Assembly (NCBI GenBank): GCA_030390025.1
Contig: CM059435.1
Location: forward strand, 48,980,001-49,044,000
Reading direction: 5' to 3'
DNA: 64,000 nucleotides
From: Squalus acanthias
Taxonomy: Eukaryota
The notes under the pieces are model-generated. The model worked only from the letters and a program-made list of their open reading frames with translations, was not told the origin of the DNA and made no database searches. Numbering within the stretch: position 1 is the first letter of the stretch; each line of letters starts with the position of its first letter. The position numbers and the translations under genes were made by a program. Positions 12,585-26,133 of this stretch are shown here, one piece after another.

Positions 12585-15500
12585 ACACTAAATGAGGAAA
12601 GGGAAGCCTTGGATAGGATTGCGAGAGAGAAGACGTACTAAAAAGATTAGCATTGCTGAAAGTTGGTAAGTCACTGGTTTGGATGGAATGCATCCTAGGT
12701 CACTGAAAGGAGCAAAAGGTAGAAATAGTAGAGTATTAGTCACAATCTTTCAATCCTCATTGGATACAGTAGTGCCAGAGAATTTGAGGGTTGCTAATGT
12801 TATACCACTATTCAAGAAAGGGGAGAGGGATAAACCAGGAAACTACAGGCCAGTTAGCTTAATATTGGTGCTGGGCAAGTTAATGGAAACCATTATCGGG
12901 GACAAAATAAACTTTCATTTGGAAAGGAGAGCCAGCATGGATTTGTTAAAGGTAAATCGTGTCTGACTAATTTGATTGAATTCTTTGATGAGGTAACAGA
13001 GAAGATTGATCAAGGTAATGCAGATGATGCATATATGGACTTTCGGAAGGCATTTGACAAAGTACCACACAGGAGGCTTGTTCAGAAGATGGAAGCCAAT
13101 GAAATTAAGGGGAAAGTGGTGGTATGGATATGGAATTGGCTCAGTGACAAAAAGCAGAAGGTGGAAGTTTGCAGCAGTGTTCCCCAAGGGTCAGTTTGGG
13201 TCAATTACTCTTCAATTTTTATACACGACCTAGACTTGGGTGTAGGCAGCAGCATGAAAAGTTGGCAGATGATACAAAACTTGGCAACATAGTAGTGATG
13301 AGGATAGTTGTAGACTTCAGGATGACATAAGACAGGATGGTGAAATGGACATAAGCAGGGCAGTTGGAGTGCAATATGGAGAAGTGTGAAGTAATGCACT
13401 TTGGGGCAACTAGTATGGAAAGACAGTATACTATAATTGGCATGATTTTGAAAAGTGTAGATGAGCAGAGAGACTTTGGTGTCCAGGTACACAAATCCTT
13501 AAAGGTGGAAGGGCAAGTTGTTAAGGTGGTTAAAAATGCACAGGTTACTTGGATTTATAAATAGAGGCATAGAATATAAAAGCAAAGAGATCATGCTAGA
13601 GCTTTATAAATCACTAGTTAAGCCTCAGCTGGAGTATTGCGGACAATTCTGGGCCTCACACTACAGGGAAAATGTAAAGGCCTTAGAAAGGGTAGAGAGG
13701 AGGTTTAGCAGGATGTTACTGGGGTGAGGGACTGCAGTTATGAGGAGGTTGGAAAGGTTAGGACTGTTCTCCTTGGAACAGAGAAGGTTAAGAGATGATC
13801 TAATAGAGGTTTTCAAGATGTTGAGGTTTTGATAGAGTACATAGAGAAAATCTATTCCCTCTGGTGAGTGGGTCAATAACCAGAGGTCATAGATTTAAAA
13901 TCATTGACAAAAGATCTAAAGGGGAGATGGTGAATTTTTTCACGGAGTGGTCGGAATCTGGAACGCTCTACCTGAAAAGGTGGTGGAAGTTGATTCCATA
14001 AATAATTTTAAAAAGGTAGTTGGACAGGTACTTGAAGACGAGGAACTTACAGGGTTACGGACAAAAAGCTGGGGGGTGGGAGGAGCGGTGGTACTAACCA
14101 CGACTGCTCTTTCAAAGAGCCAGCACAGGCACAACAGGCTGAATAGCCTTCCTTCTGTGCTGAAAGTTTCTATGATCATTCCTTCATAGGACAGGACTAG
14201 ATATTACCTCAACTACAGTTGATCCATTTTGTTGGCAAGAGGAATGAGTTATATACTAATAGTGCAATAAAATCCATAGTTTTTGAATGGTCAGCATGCA
14301 AATTTTGCTAACAGTTTAAAATCAACCTCAGTGGAATCTTGAGGCACCTCTCCCGGTGTGGAGACTCCCTAGGTAAGATCACAGGTCATAGAATCTGACC
14401 TATGCTCCAGTCTACTGCAGATTTCATCCAAAGAGCAAAGCATCACAACATTAGCTTTTACTTTTATTTTTGAAAGGGGCCACATGTGTAATTATTTTGA
14501 CGGAAAAGTATTGCAGAATAGTTTAGTCCAAACAATTTACAAATAGTGTATCATGTGGAGGAAGAATATAGTACCCAAGTACAAGAAAAGGCCATTTGGC
14601 CCATCAAAGCTCACTCTTCTAATACCCTAACATATTTTCATTATTCTATAGCACATTGCAGCAGCTTCCTCTACCTGCCTGGCTACCACAGCACACATTA
14701 AAATTAATGCGACTACTCAAAGCCAACTGAACAGAGTTTGTGATTATGCAGACTGGCCAAAACCGAGAAACAAGTCACAAGATTATTAAGTTTCGGTACT
14801 TAAAAGTTTTTCATTTGTTGAAACCTAGAATTCATCAATCTGGTCCTATAACCTGCTGAGACCAATTACATGTTTTATCACCTTTCCTATGATGAACATT
14901 TCCTACTTGACTTGGTCACTGTATGGAAGCACATAAACCAGAGTTTGAAATCATCAACTTACACATGATCAACATTGATCCAGACAAACTACATGGTCAT
15001 GATCCACACACAAACTTCTGCTTTCAGATGTAAATGGTGGTTGGTCCTATAAAACAATCTTGCACTGCCATAGATCCTATAGATTTGGTTTTGCTCCCTT
15101 TATGTAACAGAGATGATTATTCACCCAGAAATAATTTCAGGCATCATGAAGTATAATCAGATCTATGGATATTGATCTTGTCATATAGCCAATTATTGCA
15201 CCACCAGACTTTGACTACTTTTCTCTTCCTTGCTCAGGCAGCAAAAAAGGAAGGCAGTGACAAATCATTAGATTAATGGCTTTGGCCGTTGACAGTTTGA
15301 TCAACATTTGCGGCCACCGATTCAGTACTATGAAAGGTTTATAGCTAAAAAAAAAAATTGGAAGTGTATCAGTCAATCTGAACTAAATGGGAAAAACATA
15401 ATGGACAATTAAATGGAAAGTAAGCAACATACAGCCAGTTAGTATTGGGGAAGTCTTCCTACAATGACCTATTACACACGATTTTGACCCCTGGGACTAA

Positions 15501-16569
15501 GACTTACATACTGACATGGGCAAATGCAATGTTAACATTAATATGTTGAAAGCATGTAATATTTCATGGATGTTAATGGTGGGATTACTTATTTTAAAAT
15601 CAGCTGCCTTTACTATTGTAATGCATAGTGTTTTCTTTCCCTCCATGTGTGTGTGTGAGAATTTTGGTGTTTTTTTCAAGTGCAATAGCCAGGTTTTATT
15701 GTGTTTTTGTTATTAAATTTGCCAAGACTCTATTGTTGAGAGTGTCTGCAATTTTGTGCTGCCTAATTTAAACAAAAATTAAATGTTACAAACCTAAATA
15801 CGTTCTTCACTGTAGAGCTTTTTTTTTTTTGCTTGTTAGCATTTTCTAAAGTAGTCAAGTTTTAACCTGAATCCTTCCCTCCTCTCTCATTTCCCCACTC
15901 CTCCAAAAAATGGCTGCACAGAATAACTTTTATTAAATATTCCACTGTGAAATCCTCCTCCTCGTCTCCAAACAAATTTTATGCTGATCAAGGCAGGGGA
16001 CACAATCTTTGCATTTATACAGCACTGTATCCCATTTTTCCTCAGTGTTTCACACAATGAAGCACTTTTGTTTTTTTAATTGTAGTTCACTTCCACTTAT
16101 GTACAACTAATAATCAGCATTAAGCATCCACTAAAATAAAACTTTGTAACTACTCCGTGGCTAGCCCCCTGCTTCTGAAACAGCTGTTCTGATTTTGAAT
16201 TAAAGCTTGCATTTCAAAAATGAAAAACACAACGCCACTTAACGATGAAAGGCTAATCAGCCTACATTTATTACAAATAAAAATCCATTCAAAACAGGCA
16301 TGAAAATTTTCCCTGGACTAGTCTGTAAGCTCTCAAACTAACAAATCAAATATACATGTGGATGCAATTTCACTGGACCCCATTTCAACAGGACAGTACT
16401 TAGGCTACTGATCTGCTTGGTGTCAGTAGCTGCCCAAGATGACAGTTTGACAAATCCTCCATGTTGACTGACAGATGAACCAACTTAACTGTAGACAGGC
16501 CAGTAGTGTAGCAGCCACTTATTGGCTTGAGGTCACCAGGCATCAGGAGACTGTCAATCAAGTGGGAAA

Positions 16570-17159
16570 CTAACTACCTTGCATCAGATCTTCCCTCAAG
16601 TAATATTTCAGACTGTCCATCAAAGTGTTATTGAATAAATCTAAACCAACATCAGATAAGTAATCTCCTCTACCAACATAAAGAGCTTGACGCTTGATGT
16701 CAAAATAAGGGTGTTCTATGAATCTTTGACCCTTGTATTCCATGTATTGTTTTATTACCCCATTCACAGTTTTCCTAACATGCTCAAGTAGAGCACCAGG
16801 CTGAAAAGCCCATTTAGGACGTGGGAGTAACTCTGAACACACCAATACAGTATCTGGTAATAGGCCTTCCAGTGCTCCCAGCACCTCTTTTGCCATGTAC
16901 ATTATATCACTACCCTGGGTGAAGCCTATCTCATTATCTCCCAAATGAATGAGCAGGTACTTTGGGGGCTGGTGTTGTGCCAGGTGATGCATTAACAGGT
17001 CATGGAGCTGGTGCCATCTCAGGTCAGGTGTGCTCAGCCAATGAACTGAAAAACCACGTTTATCAAGGCCAAGATTGATCCCGTACGGTTTGTTGACTGC
17101 TCTGTCACGTGCCTGGCTGATGATCACATGTCCTGCTATCCACACAGTATTCTGGGTGT
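16570..17159 (-). CDS. Intact SGNH-hydrolase-like domain exon, candidate alternative last exon of NCOA5
   Basis: Acceptor ttatttatgtttcag|AC (phase 1). 196 uninterrupted codons with VWIAGHV, GINLGL..VHW, PKYLLIHLGDNEI, VLVCSELLPRPKW and GRGDYLSDVGLDLFN. AATAAA on - at 16267-16272 and 15929-15934. Confidence 0.65.
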
Positions 17160-20069
17160 CTGAAACATAAATAATACCCTGTTGAGCCAGAAGGAATAAA
17201 AGGATGTATTGCCTCACTGCTTTACCAGAAAAGGGATACAAGAGGCTTATGTGCAATTATATCATTGCTTTGGTCATCACGTGCAAGACATAGGCCATTG
17301 CACGCGACTGGTCTTCTAGCAACGTACATGATAAAGATAAATCTCCCAAACAAGCAAGCTTAGTTGGGAATCACTTATCCTTAGATCATGAGGGGACACC
17401 ATTACAGGTAGCAATGCAGCAGCGCCATTTAGTTTCTCCTCCCCTTCCTCAAACACAATTCAGCTTCTTCATTCCTCCCTGTCCAACCCCAAATAAAATA
17501 AAAGGGATCACAAGGGGAAGCTGACATTACAGTTTGTGCCTTCATTGTCCTATAATTGACACCATCATCTCCACCCTCATCTGATCTTGTTTTCCTTTTC
17601 TAAGGATCAAGCACTCATAACAAGCAGAGGCAGACTGATGTTCCCTCTACTCTGCCACATATCCTGAAACTCTCAAGCTCAGAACACCCATTTATGCACA
17701 AATATGAATCTCAGTTCCAATCCAAGCCAAACTGAACAGCCTTGCATCATAAGCATTTCTGTGCTGTACAATTACATCTAAAGAAACAGAGTTGGTGTAA
17801 ATGACAGCCCTAAAGACTTGAGGCCTCCATTTCACACATAGCCATTACAGACAGCGAAAGACTTAGTTTAGGACTGATTCACATCTAGATCACAGATGGA
17901 AATAACCATGCATAGATTACATACGATGTCACTAGACATATTTACTATATCAATACTAATAAACTAAGGGGGAAAAACAAACTATTGTTGCACCAATTCT
18001 CAATCCATTGGTTCCAATTGCTCCCTGTACCACATTAAATTCTACTGAAATCAGTTAGGGAAAATGCCTACCACACCCATTTGAAAAATTTCACATGGCT
18101 ACAATTACACTTTACTCAAAACTTAAAGACAGTAATATAGCTAGTTGCCTTCTTTGTTCAACAATGGCATGTGGCTGGGAAAGGGAAGTAAAAACAGTCA
18201 GGTAATGGAGAAAAAGACAATTACCAGTTAATGCTCAAGTAATGTGCAAACTACCTGGTGACAAAAACACATCTAGCCATCACCATTTAAAAGCTGGTAG
18301 ACAATTGTAGTCTTTCTGGTCATCTTGATCATGACTGTACACTAGATTGCACAGTGGTCAATAGGACCAGTGATATATGCACTTACATCTGTCATCCTCT
18401 GCACCATGAAACTCTTGCTCTTGGCTGATCTACTGCAAGGAAGGAAAACCAATCACATTGGACCATTCTCATGTACTGTACAAATTGAGAAAAGCCAGGG
18501 AATTTATTTAAAAAAAAACAGGTGTTGATTCAGCCAAATTAATCCAGGTAATCTGAAGACTCCATAGCAGATAATCTTACCAGACTGTTGCACTGTACAA
18601 TTGTTAAACTAGTTAGCCTCAACAGTTTGTAATCAGACAACTTCACTTCCATTATTTGTGCAGAATTCAGATGTAACTACTTTTTTTTGTTGCAGATTTA
18701 CAGATTGTATGACTGTTCAAATGGGCTCAGCTCTAATACATCAAGGTTTTTCCAATTTAATAAAGCAGCCTTCTTTATTTCATCCTCAAACTTCTATTCT
18801 ATTTAAAAAGGACAGAGATAAAAGTACCAGTCTAGATCCCCACCCTAACTTCTCCATGGTTGGCCTCGAGTATATTGTTCACAACTTGTACTTGGGTAGA
18901 CACATCCCCTCGAAACCCCATCTTTCCAATGTTACTGCAATGAAAGTTCACAACTCCATTGCTGTCAATTTCAAGCATTTCAGCAATACCTCAGTTTCAA
19001 AAGAGGTTGATTAAAAAAAAAAATTCAAACAGACTCTCCCACACTAATTTCTGCTGCTGCAATTCTCTCGTCACTGCTCGAAATTCAACCTCACTCATCA
19101 ACCTTTCTTGTACAGATTTCAGCAGTGAAAACAGTTCATTTTAGTCTGACTGGAATGATTCCCAAAGAGTTGCCACTGGATTTCTGCCACCCACCTTTGC
19201 TCAGGTTTTGGACTCATGAAAACCTTGACTGTTACCATTACTCTTGTAACTTCCTACCTATCCATAGTATATATACACACACAACCAAAGGGGGAAAATG
19301 GAAGAGAAACCTTTATTCTTTACAAACCAGATGAAAGTAGTGACTCAAACATTGAACTACCAAGAAATATACAACAGCCACCATTCCACAACTGCAAATG
19401 GCACTGGCTACAAATTAAGCATGTAAAACACTTGCTCACAGCTGCAGAGGGTGTACACAACAAGAAAAAGGGGATCACAAATGTAACAGAAAACCATAAA
19501 ACTTACAAAAGTCAATTTTACAGAACCGTAATGACAATGACAAAACCTGTCTGGCCTAGGATCTAAATTATAAAAGAAAAAAGTGACAAAACATTAAAAT
19601 ATAAAAACTTGTTTACTTTAGTAAGAGGTCTGCTATCCTGGATTTTAGTTACATTTTTAGAAATATCCATTTAAAAACACTGGATTCAGACTGCAGCATC
19701 ATGCTTTAATACACAAAATCATCTGGTTAACATTTCAATTTTTTTTATTTTAAAAGATCAAAGTCAACATAAACCAAGTGATTGCGATTAAGGCCTTGTT
19801 CATGAACAAACGTAGTTTTTTTTATATACAGTTACAAGATAAATTCAGAGTGCCTTTATAAAAAGTTTCTCATTACCTGGTTACTGTAAAATCATAACTG
19901 ACTTTTTAAACACACCTGAACCCAACAGTAACCAATGTTTGAATGAAGCACTCTTTCGATAACCTACATTTGTTTATGAAACCTTAACAGGTGGCCTTAA
20001 AGGAGTTCAATGGGTGTGCTGACTGCTCTTCCTTAAGGGCAACTCCCTCCCCTCCCCCTCACCCCAGGC

Positions 20070-20725
20070 TCAGTAGTGGCGCTGGTAAGATGCCATAGAA
20101 GCCTGGTTCATTGGCTGCCCAGGGCGTGGTACCTGGGTAGAAGCCTGGTTTACCAAGTGGGATAGAGATGGACCACTCTGAATCAGAGTATCCAATGCTT
20201 TCTGCACACTAGGGTTATCAAAGTTTATACCTGTTGCAACACCAGATCTCTGGGCCTGAGACAAAGCACTTGACTGATTGGGGGTTGGACCTCGAGGCTG
20301 CTGCTGGCCATAGAGACCTTGGGTTTGAGGCAGAGGTGAGCGAATGGCAGTGGCTCTCGGTGCAACTGCTTGACTCATTAAAGATGGAAGTTGTGAATTA
20401 GGACCTGTTACGCGCTGCTGAGCTTGAGATAGATACGAAGAGTTACTGAGACCAAGCTGGCCAGCTCGGTTTTGAGGCTGGGTATTCATTGCACTTCCAT
20501 AAGCTGGGCCCTGTGTTCCTGCAGTATTTGTATTTGCGCCAGATGCTCCACTGTTGAAGAGGCTTAGAATCTTGGCTTGCAGCTCCTGCTGCTGTGTTGC
20601 TTGTGCATCCTGCGGTCCTCCCTTCATAGATTGAGCAGTTGGTAGTGACTGCTGTGCATCAAGTGGGTTCATTCCTACGGAACCCATGTTTGGTCTAGGC
20701 AGGGGAGCTGGATTGTGAACTGAAC
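20070..20725 (-). CDS. NCOA5: NCOA5 coding exon 9 (last)
   Basis: Acceptor ttttcttgacag|GT. QQELQAKILSLFNSG, GINFDNPSVQKALDTLIQSGP and the terminal SYQRHY-stop match human NCOA5. AATAAA on - at 19312-19317. Confidence 0.96.
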
Positions 20726-20914
20726 CTGTCAAGAAAATTGGTACAAAAGGCACATCCTTATCATTTTTTTCAGCCATCTCAATTTGCAGCAGCATAACAA
20801 AGACCAGAGCGATCATAGGTAATAAATTACTTTTGTAGGCCAGATTATGCAATTAATTTAACCAGAGACCTGGTGACCAAAGATTCTGGTGAGAATGCAT
20901 AGTAGTGATAATGG

Positions 20915-21470
20915 GCATGTACTCTAATTGGTGCCCCACAAGGATCTGTGCTGGGGCCTCAACTATTCACTGTATTTATTCATGACTTAGATAACACAAG
21001 AGATCCATATCCTTGATAAGAATGCAGTATAAACTCACCAAAATATTACCAGTGCTCCAAGGGTTAAACTATGAGGACAGATTACATTAACTAGGACTTG
21101 TATTCCCTGGAATATAGAAGGTTAAGGGGTGATTGGATTGATGTTTTTAGGATTTTGAAAGGAATTGAGAGAAACTTTTTCTGCTGGTGGGGGACTCAAA
21201 GGAACATAACCTTAAAATCAGAGCCAGGCCATTCAGGAGAGTAGTAGGGTGGTAGAAGCGTGGAACTCTCCACAAAAAGCAGTAGAATTATAGGCTCTAG
21301 TAATTTCCCGACAACAGATGTTAGGCTAATTGGTCTATAATTCCCTGGTTTCACTCTCACCTTTCTTAAATAGCAGAGTGACATGTGCAATTTTCCAATC
21401 TAAAGGAACGGTTCACAAATCAAGAGAACTTTCAAAGATTCTAGTTAGGGCACCTGCAATCTTCTCACCT
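20915..21470. mobile_element. Rearranged CR1 fragments in both orientations
   Basis: The + strand has a PQGSVLGPQLF-like segment; the - strand has PGNYRPISLTSVVGKLLE. Confidence 0.7.
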
Positions 21471-22257
21471 ACTATGGTGCAAATTCCTGATGTGGCAATA
21501 GTTTGAGAGCAGGAATCAGTGCCCATATTGTGCAATAGTGTTTAATCACCAAGCAAAGCAGCAGTGGTAGAAAGGATTTACTGCAGCTGCAAAGATTCAT
21601 TTAAATATCTTTACCAGAAGATGGAGATTTTAAATTCAGGTAAAGATTGAAAATTGAGGCAGGTTCTCATTTCTACAACTATTAGTTGCAATCTAATTGA
21701 CTAAAATAACCAAACAAATGTATTGCCTTCAAGCATGGCACCCATCACAATATATAAATCTCCAACTATAGAAGTTACCTTCTGAGAATGGAAAAAAATG
21801 AAAGCTACACCAACTTGATAATGTTTAATTGATTTTTAACCTCAAAACACTAGGATTGGATCCATTATCAAAAAAGATAGCAATCTCTGCTCAATAACCA
21901 GCTCTCCACAAATCCAGATATACCATCCAAGCAGGTCGTTTCTGACTATGGTGTACCTTTGTGAAGTAACTTAAATTCTCTGCAGTTTTTGTTATCCACA
22001 TTATTTTTTAGAGTTTAGATTCAATGCTCTCCCTCTCTTGAGCATTGTCCCCCTTTAATAGGACAGTCAACCCTTACTATGCACACAGTGCTGCACACTT
22101 AACGTGCAACAGTTAGGTGTTAATTAGATTGATGGTGGCTCTAATCCGTTACAGGAGCCAAAGCAAAATAGTGGCTCCAATTACAATTCTTTTTACATCA
22201 ATATCTGAACAGCTACAAGCATTCACGGAATCTACATATACAAGTTGCAAATGTTAC

Positions 22258-22572
22258 CATGCAAGGAGTCTCCTCCCCGAAGGAATCGTTCCTTTTTCTC
22301 TCTCAGGTATTCTATGATCTTATCAATTTCCTCTATGGTAAGGTATCTTCCATCAGCAAGCAAGTTCAGAAGTGGCTGGATGCTGGGGGGATTGCCTCGC
22401 TCTTCCATGCCCCCTTGGGTAGGCTCCCGTTCGCGCATGATTACTTCATCCGCCATTTTAGCTGCCTTTCTCGCAACTTCTTCCCGCTCTTTTTCACGCG
22501 TTTCCGTCTTGTACCTCTCATAGTTGCGTGCAACCAAGATCATGGCATCAGCCATTGGCATGTTACGATGCT
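22258..22572 (-). CDS. NCOA5: NCOA5 coding exon 8
   Basis: atatccag|AG...CATG|gtaac; EHRNMPMADAMILVARNYERYK...LLNLLADGRYLT; 315 nt, phase 1-1. Confidence 0.96.
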
Positions 22573-24560
22573 CTGGATATGACAAATGCAAAAAAAAACC
22601 TTGAACATATGCACACAATCAAAATAAATTACATTTTGGGCACCCTTCCTTTTGTTGAGTTTAACTAAAACTACTTTATTAATGCAAAACTCAGAATTAA
22701 GGTTAGTTTCCCCAACCTGCATAAAGCAGTAATCAACAGTAACTCTAAGCTCATATTTTGACACTGTACTAAAGAGGAAACACCAGTTCCAATAACAAAA
22801 TATACCTGGTAAAATTCACCTCAATAAAAAGTTATGTTTTAATTACAGAGTAGCTATTTTTTGTGATAGTCACAATGGTTTGAGTTGTTTAACTTCCTTA
22901 ATTTATAGCAAAATCAACCTCTCTCAAAAGGATCAGTTGCTGCCAATGGAGAGCAAAAGCTACTTTCCGAGGATCAGATCTCAGCCAGTTTTTCTAGGTA
23001 AAAAAGGTAGACATCTAAAATGATCCAGTTGGCCAACTAACTATTCAATAGAGTTCTATTCCAAAATATTGCCCCAAGAATTCAAAATGTAGGGTGCAGC
23101 CCTTTTCGACCATTTCTCCTTTATTTTACCCAAGCATTTATTTGTCAAGAGGTCCCAGTTACCCAGAAATAGGTGCAGCCCCCACTAGAGACAGTTAGAA
23201 CAATTTACAGCTCCTGCACTAAGTTGAATAGAGAAGGAAGGCAGACAATCACTGGGCGAGAGGGGGGTCCTTTTCATAACTTTTTTCTGAGCTGGGAAGA
23301 GCCGTCTCTTAAGTGTCACTTGCATTTTTTTTAAAGCCTCGAGGCCCCATCTAAACTGCAGAAGTCTGACAAATTAGCCAAGGCTTTCCACCTCATCAAT
23401 TTAGTAACAATCTATAAGGAAATGGTGCAAACCACACTGTAGGCACTTCAGTCTAAAGGTCTTAACTGGGGCCTAGGTTATCAAAAAAACTGTCACCAGT
23501 AAACTTGAAGGTCCCCTGTGATGCTCCAACATATTCCTTCCCACCTCCTTCCTCAAAGATGGGATGTTTTATCTGCCCATTCTAACAATACCATGGCTTT
23601 ACGAAGTTACAAAAAAATTGACACTTCAGTCACACTGTTGCTGCTAGTCATACATAAAAAGGAGGTATAGATTTTCCACTAAAGCGGAAAGAAATTACTT
23701 TTGAGGATCCAAATATTGTTTTAATCACAAGCTACTTTAGGAGGCTGCACCAGCTTCCTCAAAGACTCCCAAAAAACTTGCTACCTGAAATTAATTCTGA
23801 CAAAAGGTGATTGGAGGAAGCTAAACTCAAGATCTTTGTTTAGAACTGACTGTGGATATTTGGCATGGACAAGCCTACCAGCAAATAAGACAGTTGTGAA
23901 AGATCATTCACCAAGCTTGGAGTAGGCCTCAATTCTGAAATTTGCACAGTATTAAAAAAGAACAAGTGTAGTGGGTATTGAATTGCTTAAAAAGTGCATT
24001 AGACACGAAGATTATTAAATTACAAAAATCATCGTTCAAATAGTTTCTTTTGCTGTGCTGAATTGTTTCAGAGTGAACGCCAAAAAGGTAAAAGCTTTTC
24101 CAGCATGCTGCATGGGAGGAAGCTAAAGCTACAGGCCAAAATGAGGCCTTAAACAGAATGAGAGATTAATGGACCAAAGTGGCAGTTCAAAAGTGCAAAT
24201 TTCTGAAGCCTATGATTTCCTATTCCCCATGGGAACCTGTAAATATGAATGTATATGGAAGCTGAACATTTGAAGAATCCAAGCTCACAACAATCACAAA
24301 ATCACCTCCCAGTGCAAAATCTCAGCTCTGTTGGTTTGATTCCACATAGTCAGCAAATAGTAAAAGCACACATCTGGCAGTAATACAACAGTTCAGGAAA
24401 ACCACAATATTTTTAAATTACACAATGGAGAAAGCAGCAAGAAAATCAACTTTTTACCTATTCCTAAAAGATAATACTTACTAATCCATGGTGCAAGTCA
24501 AAGAAGAAATAAAGCTATTGCAAAGCTAAACACTAAACTAGTTTAGAGGGCAAAGCTTAC

Positions 24561-24760
24561 CCTGTGGTGTTCCAAACAGGATATTGACTGTACACGATCT
24601 GTGTATTTCATGTTGTTGAGTAATAACAATAGCAAATGCCGTGCCTCCCCTGCTGACATCTTCAAGAGCTTGTGTAAGCGAAACTTCAGTATTCAGAAAT
24701 ATCAAATCGACCACCATACCGAGGTCACGAACCTTTCGACCAACAGACTCTGCATATTCC
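24561..24760 (-). CDS. NCOA5: NCOA5 coding exon 7
   Basis: ttgaacag|G...CAGG|gtaag; EYAESVGRKVRDLGMVVDLIFLNTEVSL...FGTPQ; 200 nt. Confidence 0.97.
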
Positions 24761-26133
24761 CTGTTCAAGTACAAAAAACAGAATTTAACATCTACAGGTT
24801 AAGATCTACAAATTAAGATCTACATGCAAGGAACATCACGGGCCAGCCGGTGGATCCGGGGGTGATGGTCTAGACCATTGCGATTGCGGGCCAGCAAAGG
24901 GTGGGGAAAAGAGGAGGAAGAGAGAAATCGGAGGCCTCCGATCGAGAGGGGTGGGTTAGGTAGGGATGCTGGATTCAGTAGGCAAGTGTAAAGGCACTTA
25001 CCTCCTGCATCCACCACACCTCACGAGGTGTGCAAAACCTGACCAGCTACAGTTAAATTCAAAATGGACGTTAGAGGCTTCCAGCCTCATTATATTTAAA
25101 TAGATGACCCACCTCCTGGCAGCGGATTGGCCCACCCCTGTTAATCCGGAAATTGAGGCGTGTTCCAGTTGTGATTCACATTTTTAACACCAACTACCCC
25201 CACGTCCCCAACCCACCCTTTTTTAGGTTAAAATTCCCCCCAATAAAACCAGACTAACTTAACTGTTACAAAACATATTTTCTCAGATATTCTCGCTACA
25301 CAACACAAAAACAGTAGAAAAGCAAAGTTGGAGAAACAAAAGTACTCAAAGTCTCCGAGGTAATCAGATCTGAAACACTGCTGCAAAGTGACCCTATTGA
25401 AAACTGCTATTTCTATTGAACAAGGACCAGGTTCTCCTGCCAGAGCCTTGGGAATTAATCAGTCATAGTACCCAAGATTAGATTGGTCCCAGTTGGGATT
25501 TGATAAGCTTTCAAGGGAAAAAAAGTCACAATTCTGGAGAAGCAGACAATAGCATCCCTGTAGATGCCCCAGGATACTCCAAAGAACAAAGTCTTCAGTA
25601 ACATGAAACCTAAAAGGAGGCTGCAGCCACAGAACAGTTTATTCTGAAGCAAGACTGAAAGGCAATTTTTTCAGCTTTAGAAACACAAGAAATAGGAGGA
25701 GTAGGACATACGGGCCATTGAGCCTGCTCCGCCATTTAATAAGATCATGGCTGAACTTCTACATCAACTCCACTTTCTTGCCCTATCCCCATATCCCTCG
25801 ATTCCTTTCGTTCCCAAAAATCTATCCATCTCAGTCTTGAATATACTCATCGACTGAGCATCCACAGCCATCTGGGGTGAAGAATTCCAAAGATTCACAA
25901 CCCTCAGTGAAGAAATTTCTCATCAGTCCTAAATGGCCAACCCCTTGTCTTGAGACTATGCCTAGTTCTAGACTCTCCAGCCAGGGGAAACAGCCTCTCT
26001 GCATCTACCCTGTCAAGCCCTCAAAGAATCTGGTATGTTTCAAGGAGATCACCTCATTCTTCTAAACTCTAGAGAATATAGGCTCATTCTACTCAATCTC
26101 TCCTCATAGGACAGCCCTCTCATCCTAGAATCA

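Larger units (their letters stand above)
10981..14176 (+). mobile_element. 5'-truncated, decayed CR1 LINE (APE endonuclease + RT ORF2)
   Basis: Fragments [60 protein letters not shown] and WNALPEKVVE, with frameshifts and stops; ends in ..tttctatga. Confidence 0.93.

Noticed and set aside
17160-17256. N-terminal part of the 228-aa ORF (MHISLLYPF...)
   Set aside because: It begins at a non-ATG codon and overlaps the T-rich acceptor region; treated as intron read-through.
19011-19140. Helical-looking - strand peptide (NELFSLLKSVQERLMSEVEF...)
   Set aside because: About 42 codons bounded by stops, with no convincing splice sites.
20726-20852. Hydrophobic N-terminal extension of the 260-aa ORF
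   Set aside because: Intronic sequence upstream of the NCOA5 last-exon acceptor; no similarity to NCOA5.
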